Of a stretch of 35,901 nucleotides of DNA, positions 24,160 to 31,804 are shown piece by piece. Position 1 is the first letter of the stretch. The number at the start of each line of letters is the position of its first letter. The translations under genes and the position numbers were made by a program. The notes below the pieces were generated by a model. It saw only the letters and a program-made list of their open reading frames with translations. It did not search any database and was not told the origin of the DNA. This DNA is from Patescibacteria group bacterium (GTDB lineage Bacteria; Patescibacteriota; Doudnabacteria; UBA920), in NCBI GenBank assembly GCA_023473845.1, contig JAMCYA010000013.1, positions 1 through 35,901 on the forward strand. The letters run 5' to 3'.

Positions 24160-24657
24160 ATGTTTAAAATAAAACTTCGGGAAAACGAAAAACTAATCTT
24201 GGCAAGCCGCCAGACCGAATGGGTCTGGGGCAAGGCCGTGCTCATGGTTTTTGTGCTGATTTATCTGCCCTGGGCGTTTTACGCCAAGTACGATTTGCAG
24301 GACATTACCGCTTTTCGCCGCATCCTCCTGTTCTGGACCGTGCTGGTTTTGCTCTATGCCTTGAACAAATACCTGCTCTGGCTGGTTAACGCTTACCTGG
24401 TGACCAACCAGCGGGTTATTTCCGTTGAGTACAAAAACCTTTTTTCCAAAACCGTGGAAGAAGTGGATCTGCAGTCCGTGGCCGCCATTTCCTGCAAGAC
24501 CCAGGGCATTTTGGAGTCGCTGTTTAAGACCGGTAAAGTGATAATTACTTTTTCCAATGCGAGCAAAACTTTTGTGCTGGATAAAATCCGCGAGCCTGAA
24601 GATTTGAAAGAAACTATTCTTAAAGCCAAAGCCTTAAATTCGGCCGTGCATGTTTAA
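24160..24657 (+). CDS. Bacterial PH-domain (bPH_2/DUF304-like) membrane protein
   Basis: Two TM helices followed by YLVTNQRVISVEYKNLFSKTVEEVDLQSVAAISCKTQGILESLFKTGKVIITF. ATG 24160 is preferred over the TTG at 24133. Confidence 0.6.
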   Translation: MFKIKLRENEKLILASRQTEWVWGKAVLMVFVLIYLPWAFYAKYDLQDITAFRRILLFWTVLVLLYALNKYLLWLVNAYLVTNQRVISVEYKNLFSKTVEEVDLQSVAAISCKTQGILESLFKTGKVIITFSNASKTFVLDKIREPEDLKETILKAKALNSAVHV

Positions 24658-25015
24658 AGAATATTTTTCCAGGAAAACCGTGCTCTTGCTGCTTTTCGGC
24701 CTGACCGTATTTTTGTTTTATATCCGTTTCCAGCAGTTCCGGGAAAAAAAGAGCATTGACGCGGAAAAGGCCAGCCTGGAAAGCCAGATTGCCGGCGTGG
24801 AAAAGAAAAACCAGGAAATGGAAGCCTCGATTAAATACCTGACTTCGCTCAGTTCCAAAGAAAAAGTTGCGCGCGAACAGCTCAACCTAAAAAAACAAGG
24901 GGAAAAAGTCTACAGCTTTACCCAGGTGGACGGCACGGACAGCAATGCCCCAGGCTATGCCGCAAGCCAGGAGGTAAGCAATCCCGTAAAATGGTGGAGA
25001 TATTTCACGGAATGA
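24650..25015 (+). CDS. Septum formation initiator family protein (FtsB/DivIC-like)
   Basis: N-terminal TM helix, a coiled coil, and the KEKVAREQLNLKKQGEKVY block. It overlaps the upstream gene in an ATGTTTAA junction. Confidence 0.7.
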   Translation: MFKEYFSRKTVLLLLFGLTVFLFYIRFQQFREKKSIDAEKASLESQIAGVEKKNQEMEASIKYLTSLSSKEKVAREQLNLKKQGEKVYSFTQVDGTDSNAPGYAASQEVSNPVKWWRYFTE

Positions 25016-25809
25016 AAAAAGCGTTCAAAATTTTTAGCTGGGCCATCTTAGCCGCGGTTTTAGCTGCGGGCCTGCTTTTAGCCGGCGGGGTTTTGTGGCT
25101 GAAAACCGGACACATTACATTTGCCAAAGCCGCCCTGCTGAAAAAGCTGCCCGCGCCCGTGGCCCTGGTCGGCTCGCGTCCCGTCTGGTCCACCGAATAC
25201 TTTAGCCGGCTGGACAGCTTAAAGCCTTACCAGCCCGCGGGAATGGATGCACAGACTTACGAACAAACGGTTTTTAACCGGTTGGTGCAGGAAAAGGCCA
25301 TGGGCCAGCTGCTGGCGGAAAAAAAGGTGGAAAGCCCCGCGTCCGCTTTCGGCGATAAGGCAGCCCAAGCCCTGGGCGCCTGGCAAGACAAGAAAACTGC
25401 GCTGCAAATTTGGTACAACGGCCAACAAGACTTAAACAGTGTGGCCTTCCAAAAAGCCGCGGACTTGCAGCAAGCCATGCAGAACGGCAAAACCTTTGAA
25501 GACTTGGCGGCGCAGAACAGCCAGGAGCCCCTTTCCAGGGCCTACAGCGGCGATTTGGGCTTTCTGGAGGCCAAGGACTTGCTGCCCGAAATACTCAAAG
25601 CCACGGATGACATGAAAGTCGGCCAGACCAAGCAGGTTGCAACCCGCCAGGGATTGCATATAATAAAACTAGAAGGCAAAGACAACCTGGGCCAAGACAA
25701 CGGCCAGCGCCTGCATTTGAAACAAATTTTTCTGCCCGAGTCCGGTTTTGAAAACTGGCTGGACACGGAGATAAATAAAATCAAAATTATTAAATTCTTA
25801 AGTATTTAG
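25012..25809 (+). CDS. Membrane-anchored parvulin-type peptidyl-prolyl isomerase (PpiC/PrsA-like)
   Basis: Signal anchor followed by the rotamase block SGDLGFLEAKDLLPEILKATDDMKVGQTKQVATRQGLHIIKL. ATGA overlap with the upstream stop at 25012-25015. Confidence 0.75.
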   Translation: MKKAFKIFSWAILAAVLAAGLLLAGGVLWLKTGHITFAKAALLKKLPAPVALVGSRPVWSTEYFSRLDSLKPYQPAGMDAQTYEQTVFNRLVQEKAMGQLLAEKKVESPASAFGDKAAQALGAWQDKKTALQIWYNGQQDLNSVAFQKAADLQQAMQNGKTFEDLAAQNSQEPLSRAYSGDLGFLEAKDLLPEILKATDDMKVGQTKQVATRQGLHIIKLEGKDNLGQDNGQRLHLKQIFLPESGFENWLDTEINKIKIIKFLSI

Positions 25810-25836
25810 GCATTTGCCCGAAATACCAAAACCAAT

Positions 25837-27681
25837 ATGGAAGAAGAAGTTATAGGCTACATCAAAAGTGCCAGAGGGCACGGCATGAGCGATTCGGAAA
25901 TTAAACAAAACCTGCTCAACGCCGGCTGGGAAGCCGAAGTGGTGGAGGACAGCTTTACGCATGTGCGCGCCCTGGACTCCCAGGAAAACCTGCCTGCGCG
26001 GCCGCCCGAAACCCACATTCCCGGGCACATGGGCCAGCCTATCCGGCCCAGCGAAGTTTTAACCCAAAACACGGCCAGCTTCCCCAACCCAACCACGGGC
26101 ATCAGCGAGACCACCTTTCAGACGGATGCATCAAGCAAGCCTTTTTACAAAAAAGCCTGGGTATGGATTGCGGCCCTGCTGCTGGCGCTGGTTATCGGCG
26201 GCGCCGGCTACTGGTATATGGCCTACGGCTTTAACACCCCGCAGGGAATTTGGAAAAAATTCACCAGCCTGAACCAGAGCAAGGTCTACAAGAACAAATT
26301 CCTGTTTAATTACATTGATACAGGCGAGTTTTCCTCAAAAGACTTGGGCACTTTCAGCCTAAAAGATTTGAAGCTGACTTTTGACGGGCAGTCCTACGTG
26401 GACGTGCGCGACGAAAAGAACCCCCAGTCCAGCGCGGAAATCCAGTACACTTTCGGCAGCGGCAATACCAACTTCAGCACCGGCTTTAAATACCGCATCT
26501 TAAACCGCATTCTCTATTTGAATGTGGGCGAAAACCCGTTTTTAAATAACATCTTTGCCTCCCTGGGCAAGGGCGAAAAAGTGGATTGGCTAAAAATTGA
26601 CCTGAACGCCCTGCAGGACGAGATGAACCAGAGCGGCACCAACACCCAGGCCGAGTTCGACAAAATATTCGACAACCAGCTTAAAAGCGAAATCTCCAAA
26701 ATCTGGGAAGACGCCACCTTTGTTAAAATCCAAAAGTACGCGGGCCGCGAACAGGTCAACGGCGTGAATACCGTGCACTTTATTAATACCTTGGACAAGC
26801 AGGCCATAAAAGACGCGCTTACCAACTCACTTACAAAAATTGCGGACTCGGTAAATGCCAAGGCCACCAGCGATGCGGATAAGCTCCAGGACAAGGACTT
26901 AAGCCTGGCAAAAATCGCCATTAACGGCCTGGTGGACAAGCTGGAGATTACAGACTTTGAAACCTGGGTGGGTGTCAGGGATTTCCGGCTGTACCGCGTA
27001 AAATTTGAAAGCAATGCGCCATCGGTGACTTCGGCCATGAATTTGGTGGTGAACGAAGCCTTGTCCGGAGCCAAGGAAAAATCGCGCGACGCCAAACGTT
27101 TGGCCGACATCCGGCAAATGGCTTCGGCTCTGGAACTCTACTATAACGATATGAATGGCTACCCCGAAGCCAAGAACGGCGTACCGGACGGCGGCATTAC
27201 CCCCATGTATATTGGCCTGGTGCCGGTTTCGCCTCTGCCGGCCGACGGCAGCTGTACGGATTACTACAACACCTATTGGTACCAGCCAAAAGGCGAAAAA
27301 CGTGTTTTGAAAGGCAAGACTGTGTACAGCGACTATGAGCTAACCTTCTGCTTGGGTTCCGATGTCGGCGGCTACAAAGCGGGAATTGCCAAACTCAGCC
27401 CGCAGGGCATTGAAGGCAACATTGCCTGTCCGACCTCGGACGAAAAATGCGTGTCCGCCAACCCAACGCCCGCAGAACCTGTTAAAACCCCGGAGCAGCA
27501 GATCCAGGATTTTGTGGACAAGCTGGACTACTCCGCGCAGATAAAGATCGATGCGAATTATTCCGACTACGAAAAACCGGAAGCAGTCCAGGTGCCGGAC
27601 AACGCGCTGGACCTGATCCAGGCCACCAAAGGCCAAGTGCAGGGCCTGTTTATAAAAGCGCCGGACGCCACGGCCAAATAA
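25837..27681 (+). CDS. Large single-pass membrane protein with a small cytoplasmic N-domain, a long extracytoplasmic region and a C-terminal pilin-like globular domain
   Basis: TM helix AWVWIAALLLALVIGGAGYWYMAY near aa 105. From aa 415 the sequence KSRDAKRLADIRQMASALELYYND...PLPADGSC...ELTFCLG is paralogous to the product of the next gene. Confidence 0.65.
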   Translation: MEEEVIGYIKSARGHGMSDSEIKQNLLNAGWEAEVVEDSFTHVRALDSQENLPARPPETHIPGHMGQPIRPSEVLTQNTASFPNPTTGISETTFQTDASSKPFYKKAWVWIAALLLALVIGGAGYWYMAYGFNTPQGIWKKFTSLNQSKVYKNKFLFNYIDTGEFSSKDLGTFSLKDLKLTFDGQSYVDVRDEKNPQSSAEIQYTFGSGNTNFSTGFKYRILNRILYLNVGENPFLNNIFASLGKGEKVDWLKIDLNALQDEMNQSGTNTQAEFDKIFDNQLKSEISKIWEDATFVKIQKYAGREQVNGVNTVHFINTLDKQAIKDALTNSLTKIADSVNAKATSDADKLQDKDLSLAKIAINGLVDKLEITDFETWVGVRDFRLYRVKFESNAPSVTSAMNLVVNEALSGAKEKSRDAKRLADIRQMASALELYYNDMNGYPEAKNGVPDGGITPMYIGLVPVSPLPADGSCTDYYNTYWYQPKGEKRVLKGKTVYSDYELTFCLGSDVGGYKAGIAKLSPQGIEGNIACPTSDEKCVSANPTPAEPVKTPEQQIQDFVDKLDYSAQIKIDANYSDYEKPEAVQVPDNALDLIQATKGQVQGLFIKAPDATAK

Positions 27682-27682
27682 T

Positions 27683-28084
27683 ATGTCCATTTTCAGCAAG
27701 AAAAAATCGCCGGGCCTGATTGAAGTGGCCGCTATGATGCTGGGTTTTTTGGCGGCCGTGGTGCTGTTAAGCCTCAATTCCGCCCGGGCCAAGTCGCGCG
27801 ACGCCAAACGCATGGCGGATGTGCGGCAGATGGCTTCAGCCCTTGAGCTATATGCCAACGACCATCGACAATACCCGAAAAAATTTGAAGACCTAACACC
27901 CAACTACATTGGCCAAATGCCAATTGCACCTCTGCCGGCCGACGGCAGCTGCACTACCGATAACAACGAATACAAATACGCCCAGCGCGGCGCAGAAGAC
28001 TACCAGCTAACTTTCTGCTTGGGACAAACCACCGGCGGCTATGCGGCCGGTACACACACGTTGACCAAGCAGGGTATCCATTAG
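27683..28084 (+). CDS. Type IV pilin/pseudopilin-like protein with a degenerate prepilin leader
   Basis: KKKSPG-LIEVAAMMLGFLAAVVLLSL hydrophobic helix, then SARAKSRDAKRMADVRQMASALELYAND and a two-Cys C-terminal domain. Confidence 0.65.
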   Translation: MSIFSKKKSPGLIEVAAMMLGFLAAVVLLSLNSARAKSRDAKRMADVRQMASALELYANDHRQYPKKFEDLTPNYIGQMPIAPLPADGSCTTDNNEYKYAQRGAEDYQLTFCLGQTTGGYAAGTHTLTKQGIH

Positions 28085-28095
28085 GGCTTATTTTA

Positions 28096-28129
28096 AGCCG
28101 CCGGCAGGCTGCCGGCGGCTTTGGGTTTT
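28096..28129 (+). terminator. Rho-independent terminator after the pilin-like gene
   Basis: 11-bp stem agccgccggca / tgccggcggct with a 3-nt loop (28096-28120), then TTGGGTTTT. Confidence 0.6.
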
Positions 28130-28148
28130 GGGCACATTCGGGTATAAT
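28121..28148 (+). promoter_or_regulatory. murI promoter, probably producing a leaderless transcript
   Basis: TTGGGT (28121-28126), 16 nt spacer, TATAAT (28143-28148). The ATG at 28156 is 8 nt after the -10 box. Confidence 0.5.
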
Positions 28149-28155
28149 AGGGGAT

Positions 28156-28956
28156 ATGAAAATCGGAATTTTTGACTCAGGGTTAGGCGGGTTAGTGGTG
28201 ACAAAAGCCGTAATTAACCGCTTGCCGCAATACGATATCCTGTACGTAGGCGACACCAAACGCGTACCCTACGGCAACCGCAGCCAAAAAACCGTTTACG
28301 ATTTCACGGCCCGGGCCGTAGAATTTTTGTTTGCTCAGAACTGCAAGCTGGTAATTATAGCTTGCAACACAGCTTCGGCCCAGGCTTTGCGCAAAATCCA
28401 ACAGGAGCTGCTGCCCAAAAAATATCCGGACCGCCGGGTCTTAGGCGTGATTATTCCCACGCTGGAAGCCGTGGGTAGCGACCCCCGGAACAAAAAAGTC
28501 GGGGTGCTGGCCACGCAAAGCACGGCGGCTTCCCATATTTACCGCACGGAGCTGAAAAAAATCAACCCGCGCCTGAAAGTGCTGGAGCAGTCCGCGCCCT
28601 TGCTCGTGCCCTTAATCGAAAACGGGGCAAAAAAATTTGCGCAACCGTTTTTGCTGGAATACCTGCGGCCTTTAAAAAAATTCCGGGCCGATGCCGTAGT
28701 TTTGGGCTGCACGCATTATCCGATTTTAAAAGAACAGATGCGAAAAATCCTGCTGAAGGGCGTACGGCTATATTCCCAGGAACAGATTATCCCCGAAAAG
28801 CTGGCCAAGTACTTAAAACGCCACCCGGAGATTGACTCCCGGCTCAGTAAAAAAGCGCAGCGGGTGTTTATGGTTACGGATTTGAACGTTAACCTTATGG
28901 CCGCAGCCAAAGAGCTCTTTGGCAAAAAAATCGCTTTCAAACTCGCGGACTTTTAG
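28156..28956 (+). CDS. murI: Glutamate racemase
   Basis: MKIGIFDSGLGGL, the two catalytic-Cys blocks IACNTAS and LGCTHYP. Confidence 0.95.
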   Translation: MKIGIFDSGLGGLVVTKAVINRLPQYDILYVGDTKRVPYGNRSQKTVYDFTARAVEFLFAQNCKLVIIACNTASAQALRKIQQELLPKKYPDRRVLGVIIPTLEAVGSDPRNKKVGVLATQSTAASHIYRTELKKINPRLKVLEQSAPLLVPLIENGAKKFAQPFLLEYLRPLKKFRADAVVLGCTHYPILKEQMRKILLKGVRLYSQEQIIPEKLAKYLKRHPEIDSRLSKKAQRVFMVTDLNVNLMAAAKELFGKKIAFKLADF

Positions 28957-28963
28957 CTATAAT
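28935..28963 (+). promoter_or_regulatory. Candidate tRNA-Thr promoter
   Basis: TTTCAA (28935-28940), 17 nt spacer, TATAAT (28958-28963), overlapping the end of murI. Confidence 0.4.
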
Positions 28964-29002
28964 ACTTGCAAGGCAAACCATTTAGTTTTACATTCTGCTT
29001 CT

Positions 29003-29112
29003 CCCCGACGATTTTTGCCGGCTTAGCTCATCTGGTAGAGCAGCGGTATCGTAAACCGCAGGTGGTCGGTTCAAGTCCGACAGCCGGCTCCATTTAAAAA
29101 TTCTCGTCGGGG
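29003..29112. repeat. 9-bp perfect inverted repeat bracketing the tRNA (leader/trailer helix)
   Basis: ccccgacga (29003-29011) pairs with tcgtcgggg (29104-29112). Inner TTTTT (29012-29016) can pair with AAAAA (29096-29100). The 3' arm is followed by TTTGTTTT. Confidence 0.6.
29017..29092 (+). tRNA. tRNA-Thr (anticodon CGT) with encoded CCA
   Basis: Hand-folded cloverleaf: acceptor gccggct/agccggc, D arm gctc/gagc, anticodon arm gcggt-atCGTaa-accgc, T arm gtcgg-ttcaagt-ccgac, discriminator T, then CCA. It closely resembles E. coli tRNA-Thr(CGU). Confidence 0.9.
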
Positions 29113-29187
29113 TTTGTTTTGAAAAAGCCTTAAATAAGGGAAAAAAAATAACAAACAGCAAGTCAAGAGCGCTTAAAAAAGCCAGTC

Positions 29188-29216
29188 TTGCCAAAACCGC
29201 CATATTTTGGTAGACT
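29188..29216 (+). promoter_or_regulatory. atp operon promoter with extended -10
   Basis: TTGCCA (29188-29193), 17 nt spacer, TGg-TAGACT (29208-29216). Confidence 0.5.
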
Positions 29217-29243
29217 TGTTGCGTTCTAAATTAAAAAAGCGCC

Positions 29244-29588
29244 ATGCCAGATGATTTGAAACAAAATAGCACGGAAAAAAACGAAGGCGTTGATTTAGAA
29301 CGCCTGCGCAAGAGTGCGGCTGAGTTAAAAACTGCACAGCAGGCCATGGCCCCCAAAACCGAAGGTGCGGGCTTTCTGGGCGCGGCCTATATGCTGAACG
29401 TGGCAATTGAATTTGCCGTCATCCTTGCCGTACCTCTGATTGCCGCAGCCCTGCTGGGCCGCTGGCTGGCCGCAAAATACCACACGCAAACCTACTCCCT
29501 GCTGCTAATTTTGGGCGCTTTGCTTTTCAGCGGAATTGGAATTGCGTTGGATATTAAAAAACTAAGCAAAAGAATTAAAAAAAGCTAA
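29244..29588 (+). CDS. ATP synthase protein I-like small membrane protein (AtpI/AtpZ type)
   Basis: Two TM helices (IEFAVILAVPLIAAALLGRWL, LLLILGALLFSGIGIAL). It is the first gene of the atp operon and overlaps atpB in a TAATG junction. Confidence 0.6.
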   Translation: MPDDLKQNSTEKNEGVDLERLRKSAAELKTAQQAMAPKTEGAGFLGAAYMLNVAIEFAVILAVPLIAAALLGRWLAAKYHTQTYSLLLILGALLFSGIGIALDIKKLSKRIKKS

Positions 29589-30427
29589 TGTACCTTGTCC
29601 TGCCTCCACTGGCCGCCGAAACCATGTTTAATGTCGGCTCCCTGCCGGTAACCAACAGCTACATCAACACCACCATTACGGTTCTGGGTTTTGCCCTGGT
29701 CGGTTTTTTTGTCAGCCGGGCGGCAAAAAAATACTACGCCAAAGCGGTTTCGCCGGCGGGTTTTTTGAATTTTGTGGAAAGCGTGGTGGAAGTCATGCTG
29801 GAATACTGCGACCAGGTCACGCGCGACCGGAAAAAATCCCTGCAGTTTTTGCCCATTGCCGGCTCCCTGTTTCTGTTCATTCTGGTGTCCAACTGGATGG
29901 GCTTAATACCGGGCACGGGCTCCATTGGTATCTGGCATTTGGTGCACGGCGAAAAGGAGCTGGTGCCGCTCTTCCGTCCGGGCAATACCGACTTGAACAT
30001 GACTGTGGCCATGGCGGTTCTGGCAGTAGTTTCATCCCACCTTTTAGGCATTATGACCATTGGCTTTTTCAAATACTTAAACAAGTTTATCAAGCTGGGC
30101 GACTTATACCACGCCCTAATCAGCCTTAATCCGGTTAAAATTCTGACCGCTGTAATTGAATTTTTTGTGGGTTTGATTGAAATTTTTTCCGAAATCGCCA
30201 AAATGGTTTCCTTGTCTTTGCGGCTATACGGCAACATTTTTGCCGGTGAAGTCTTACTCACGGTACTGGCATCGCTGATTGCGTTTTTTGTGCCGCTGCC
30301 GTTTATGGCTTTGGAAATCCTGGTCGGCCTGATTCAGGCCGTAGTCTTTGCCATGCTGACTCTGGTGTACCTCAATATGGCCACCATGGACCACGGCGGC
30401 CACGGCGAAGCCGAGCAGGCCCACTGA
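29588..30427 (+). CDS. atpB: F0F1 ATP synthase subunit a
   Basis: LSLRLYGNIFAGE with the essential Arg, in a polytopic protein. Confidence 0.93.
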   Translation: MYLVLPPLAAETMFNVGSLPVTNSYINTTITVLGFALVGFFVSRAAKKYYAKAVSPAGFLNFVESVVEVMLEYCDQVTRDRKKSLQFLPIAGSLFLFILVSNWMGLIPGTGSIGIWHLVHGEKELVPLFRPGNTDLNMTVAMAVLAVVSSHLLGIMTIGFFKYLNKFIKLGDLYHALISLNPVKILTAVIEFFVGLIEIFSEIAKMVSLSLRLYGNIFAGEVLLTVLASLIAFFVPLPFMALEILVGLIQAVVFAMLTLVYLNMATMDHGGHGEAEQAH

Positions 30428-30436
30428 ATTGCGGGG

Positions 30437-30463
30437 CAGGGGCCAAAAAGCTTTTGGCCCCTG
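30437..30463 (+). promoter_or_regulatory. Intra-operon stem-loop upstream of atpE
   Basis: 12-bp perfect palindrome caggggccaaaa-agc-ttttggcccctg with no T-run after it. Confidence 0.5.
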
Positions 30464-30548
30464 ATCCTTAATTCATTAATCCACGCGTACCCGAGGACGT
30501 AAAACCCAATCCTTTTTAAGATCCATCGGCGCGTGCAAAGGAAAAACA

Positions 30549-30767
30549 ATGGACGCAGAATCCATCAAAGCCTTGTCTAAGGCTGCCACTATCGCCATCG
30601 GCGGCATGATGCCCGCATTGGCCATCGGCAAAACCGCTTCCAAAGCCATGGAAAGCATTGGCCGCAACCCGGAAGCCGCAGACAAGCTGTTTGTGCCCAT
30701 GCTATTGGCCCTGGCTTTCGCGGAAGCTATCGCCATTTACGCATTGGTTATTACCTTCACCTTGTAA
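30549..30767 (+). CDS. atpE: F0F1 ATP synthase subunit c
   Basis: 72-aa helical hairpin with RNPE in the loop and the carboxylate Glu in LAFAEAIAIYALV. Confidence 0.93.
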   Translation: MDAESIKALSKAATIAIGGMMPALAIGKTASKAMESIGRNPEAADKLFVPMLLALAFAEAIAIYALVITFTL

Positions 30768-30781
30768 TTTAGGTCTTAGGT

Positions 30782-30814
30782 GTCGGGAAAGAAGCCTTAA
30801 GGCTTCTTTCCGAC
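30782..30814 (+). promoter_or_regulatory. Intra-operon stem-loop downstream of atpE
   Basis: 14-bp stem with one bulged G, gtcgg(g)aaagaagcc-ttaa-ggcttctttccgac, and no T-run after it. Confidence 0.5.
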
Positions 30815-30842
30815 CATTTAAAACTTAAGCAACCCATGAAAA

Positions 30843-31400
30843 ATGTTTGATCTTATTAGCATCGCCCACGCAGCAACTGAAGCCGCTCAGACAGAAGCCC
30901 AATCCGGCGGAGTTTTGGGCACGCTGGGCATTAACTGGAAACTTTTTGTAGCCCAGCTTGTCAACTTCAGCGTAGTGATGTGGGTGCTTTGGAAGTTCGT
31001 CTTTGGCCCAGTAGGCAAAAAACTTGAAGAACGCCGCCTAAAAATCGACAAAGCTTTGAAAGACGCCCAGGACGTGGAAAAGCAGAAGACCGAATTCGAA
31101 GCTTGGCGCGAGGAAGAAATGAGGAAAACCCGCACCCAGGCCGCCGAAGCCCTGACAGCTGCCCAGAAAGAAGCAGGCCAGCTGCGCGAAAAACTGCTAG
31201 CCGAAACCAAAACGGAACAGGAAAAGCTCGGCCGCCAGGCCCAAGAACAGATTAAAGCCGAACAGCAAAAATCGGTATTGGAGATTAAGTCGCAAATCGG
31301 CGACCTGGTTATTCTGGCGACGGAAAAAATCCTAAAAGAAAAACTGGACAATAAACGCGACCAGGAGTTGGTTAAAAAAGCCATTGATACTTTGAAATAG
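30843..31400 (+). CDS. atpF: F0F1 ATP synthase subunit b
   Basis: N-terminal TM helix followed by a long charged coiled coil, positioned between atpE and atpH. Confidence 0.85.
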   Translation: MFDLISIAHAATEAAQTEAQSGGVLGTLGINWKLFVAQLVNFSVVMWVLWKFVFGPVGKKLEERRLKIDKALKDAQDVEKQKTEFEAWREEEMRKTRTQAAEALTAAQKEAGQLREKLLAETKTEQEKLGRQAQEQIKAEQQKSVLEIKSQIGDLVILATEKILKEKLDNKRDQELVKKAIDTLK

Positions 31401-31401
31401 C

Positions 31402-31794
31402 ATGAAATTGAACGCAAAACAATTTGCCCAGGCCTTGCACGAGGCAGTAAGCCAAACTAAAGCCTCTGAGCACGACAAAATTTTGAACCGCTTTGCCAAA
31501 GTCCTGGCCCAGGAAGGCGCCTTGGGCTTGTGGCCGGATATTGAAAAAGAGTTCCTAAACCTGGCGGGCAAGGCAGAAGGCAAGGAGCAGGCCGAACTTA
31601 CAACCGCCCGTTCGGTCCAGGTCAGCGCCTCGCTGGTGGAAACTCTGAACCAGGCGGCGCATAAAAAACTGGAGATTGAAAAGCAGGTGGACGAAAGCCT
31701 GATTGGCGGCGTGATCCTAAAAACCGATGATGTAATCTTTGATGCCAGCGTAAAAACCCAGCTTTCTAAACTTAAATCTGAATTAAGCAAATAA
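31402..31794 (+). CDS. atpH: F0F1 ATP synthase subunit delta (OSCP), unusually short at 130 aa
   Basis: C-terminal [25 protein letters not shown] signature and operon position. Confidence 0.8.
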   Translation: MKLNAKQFAQALHEAVSQTKASEHDKILNRFAKVLAQEGALGLWPDIEKEFLNLAGKAEGKEQAELTTARSVQVSASLVETLNQAAHKKLEIEKQVDESLIGGVILKTDDVIFDASVKTQLSKLKSELSK

Positions 31795-31804
31795 CCTAAC
31801 CCCT

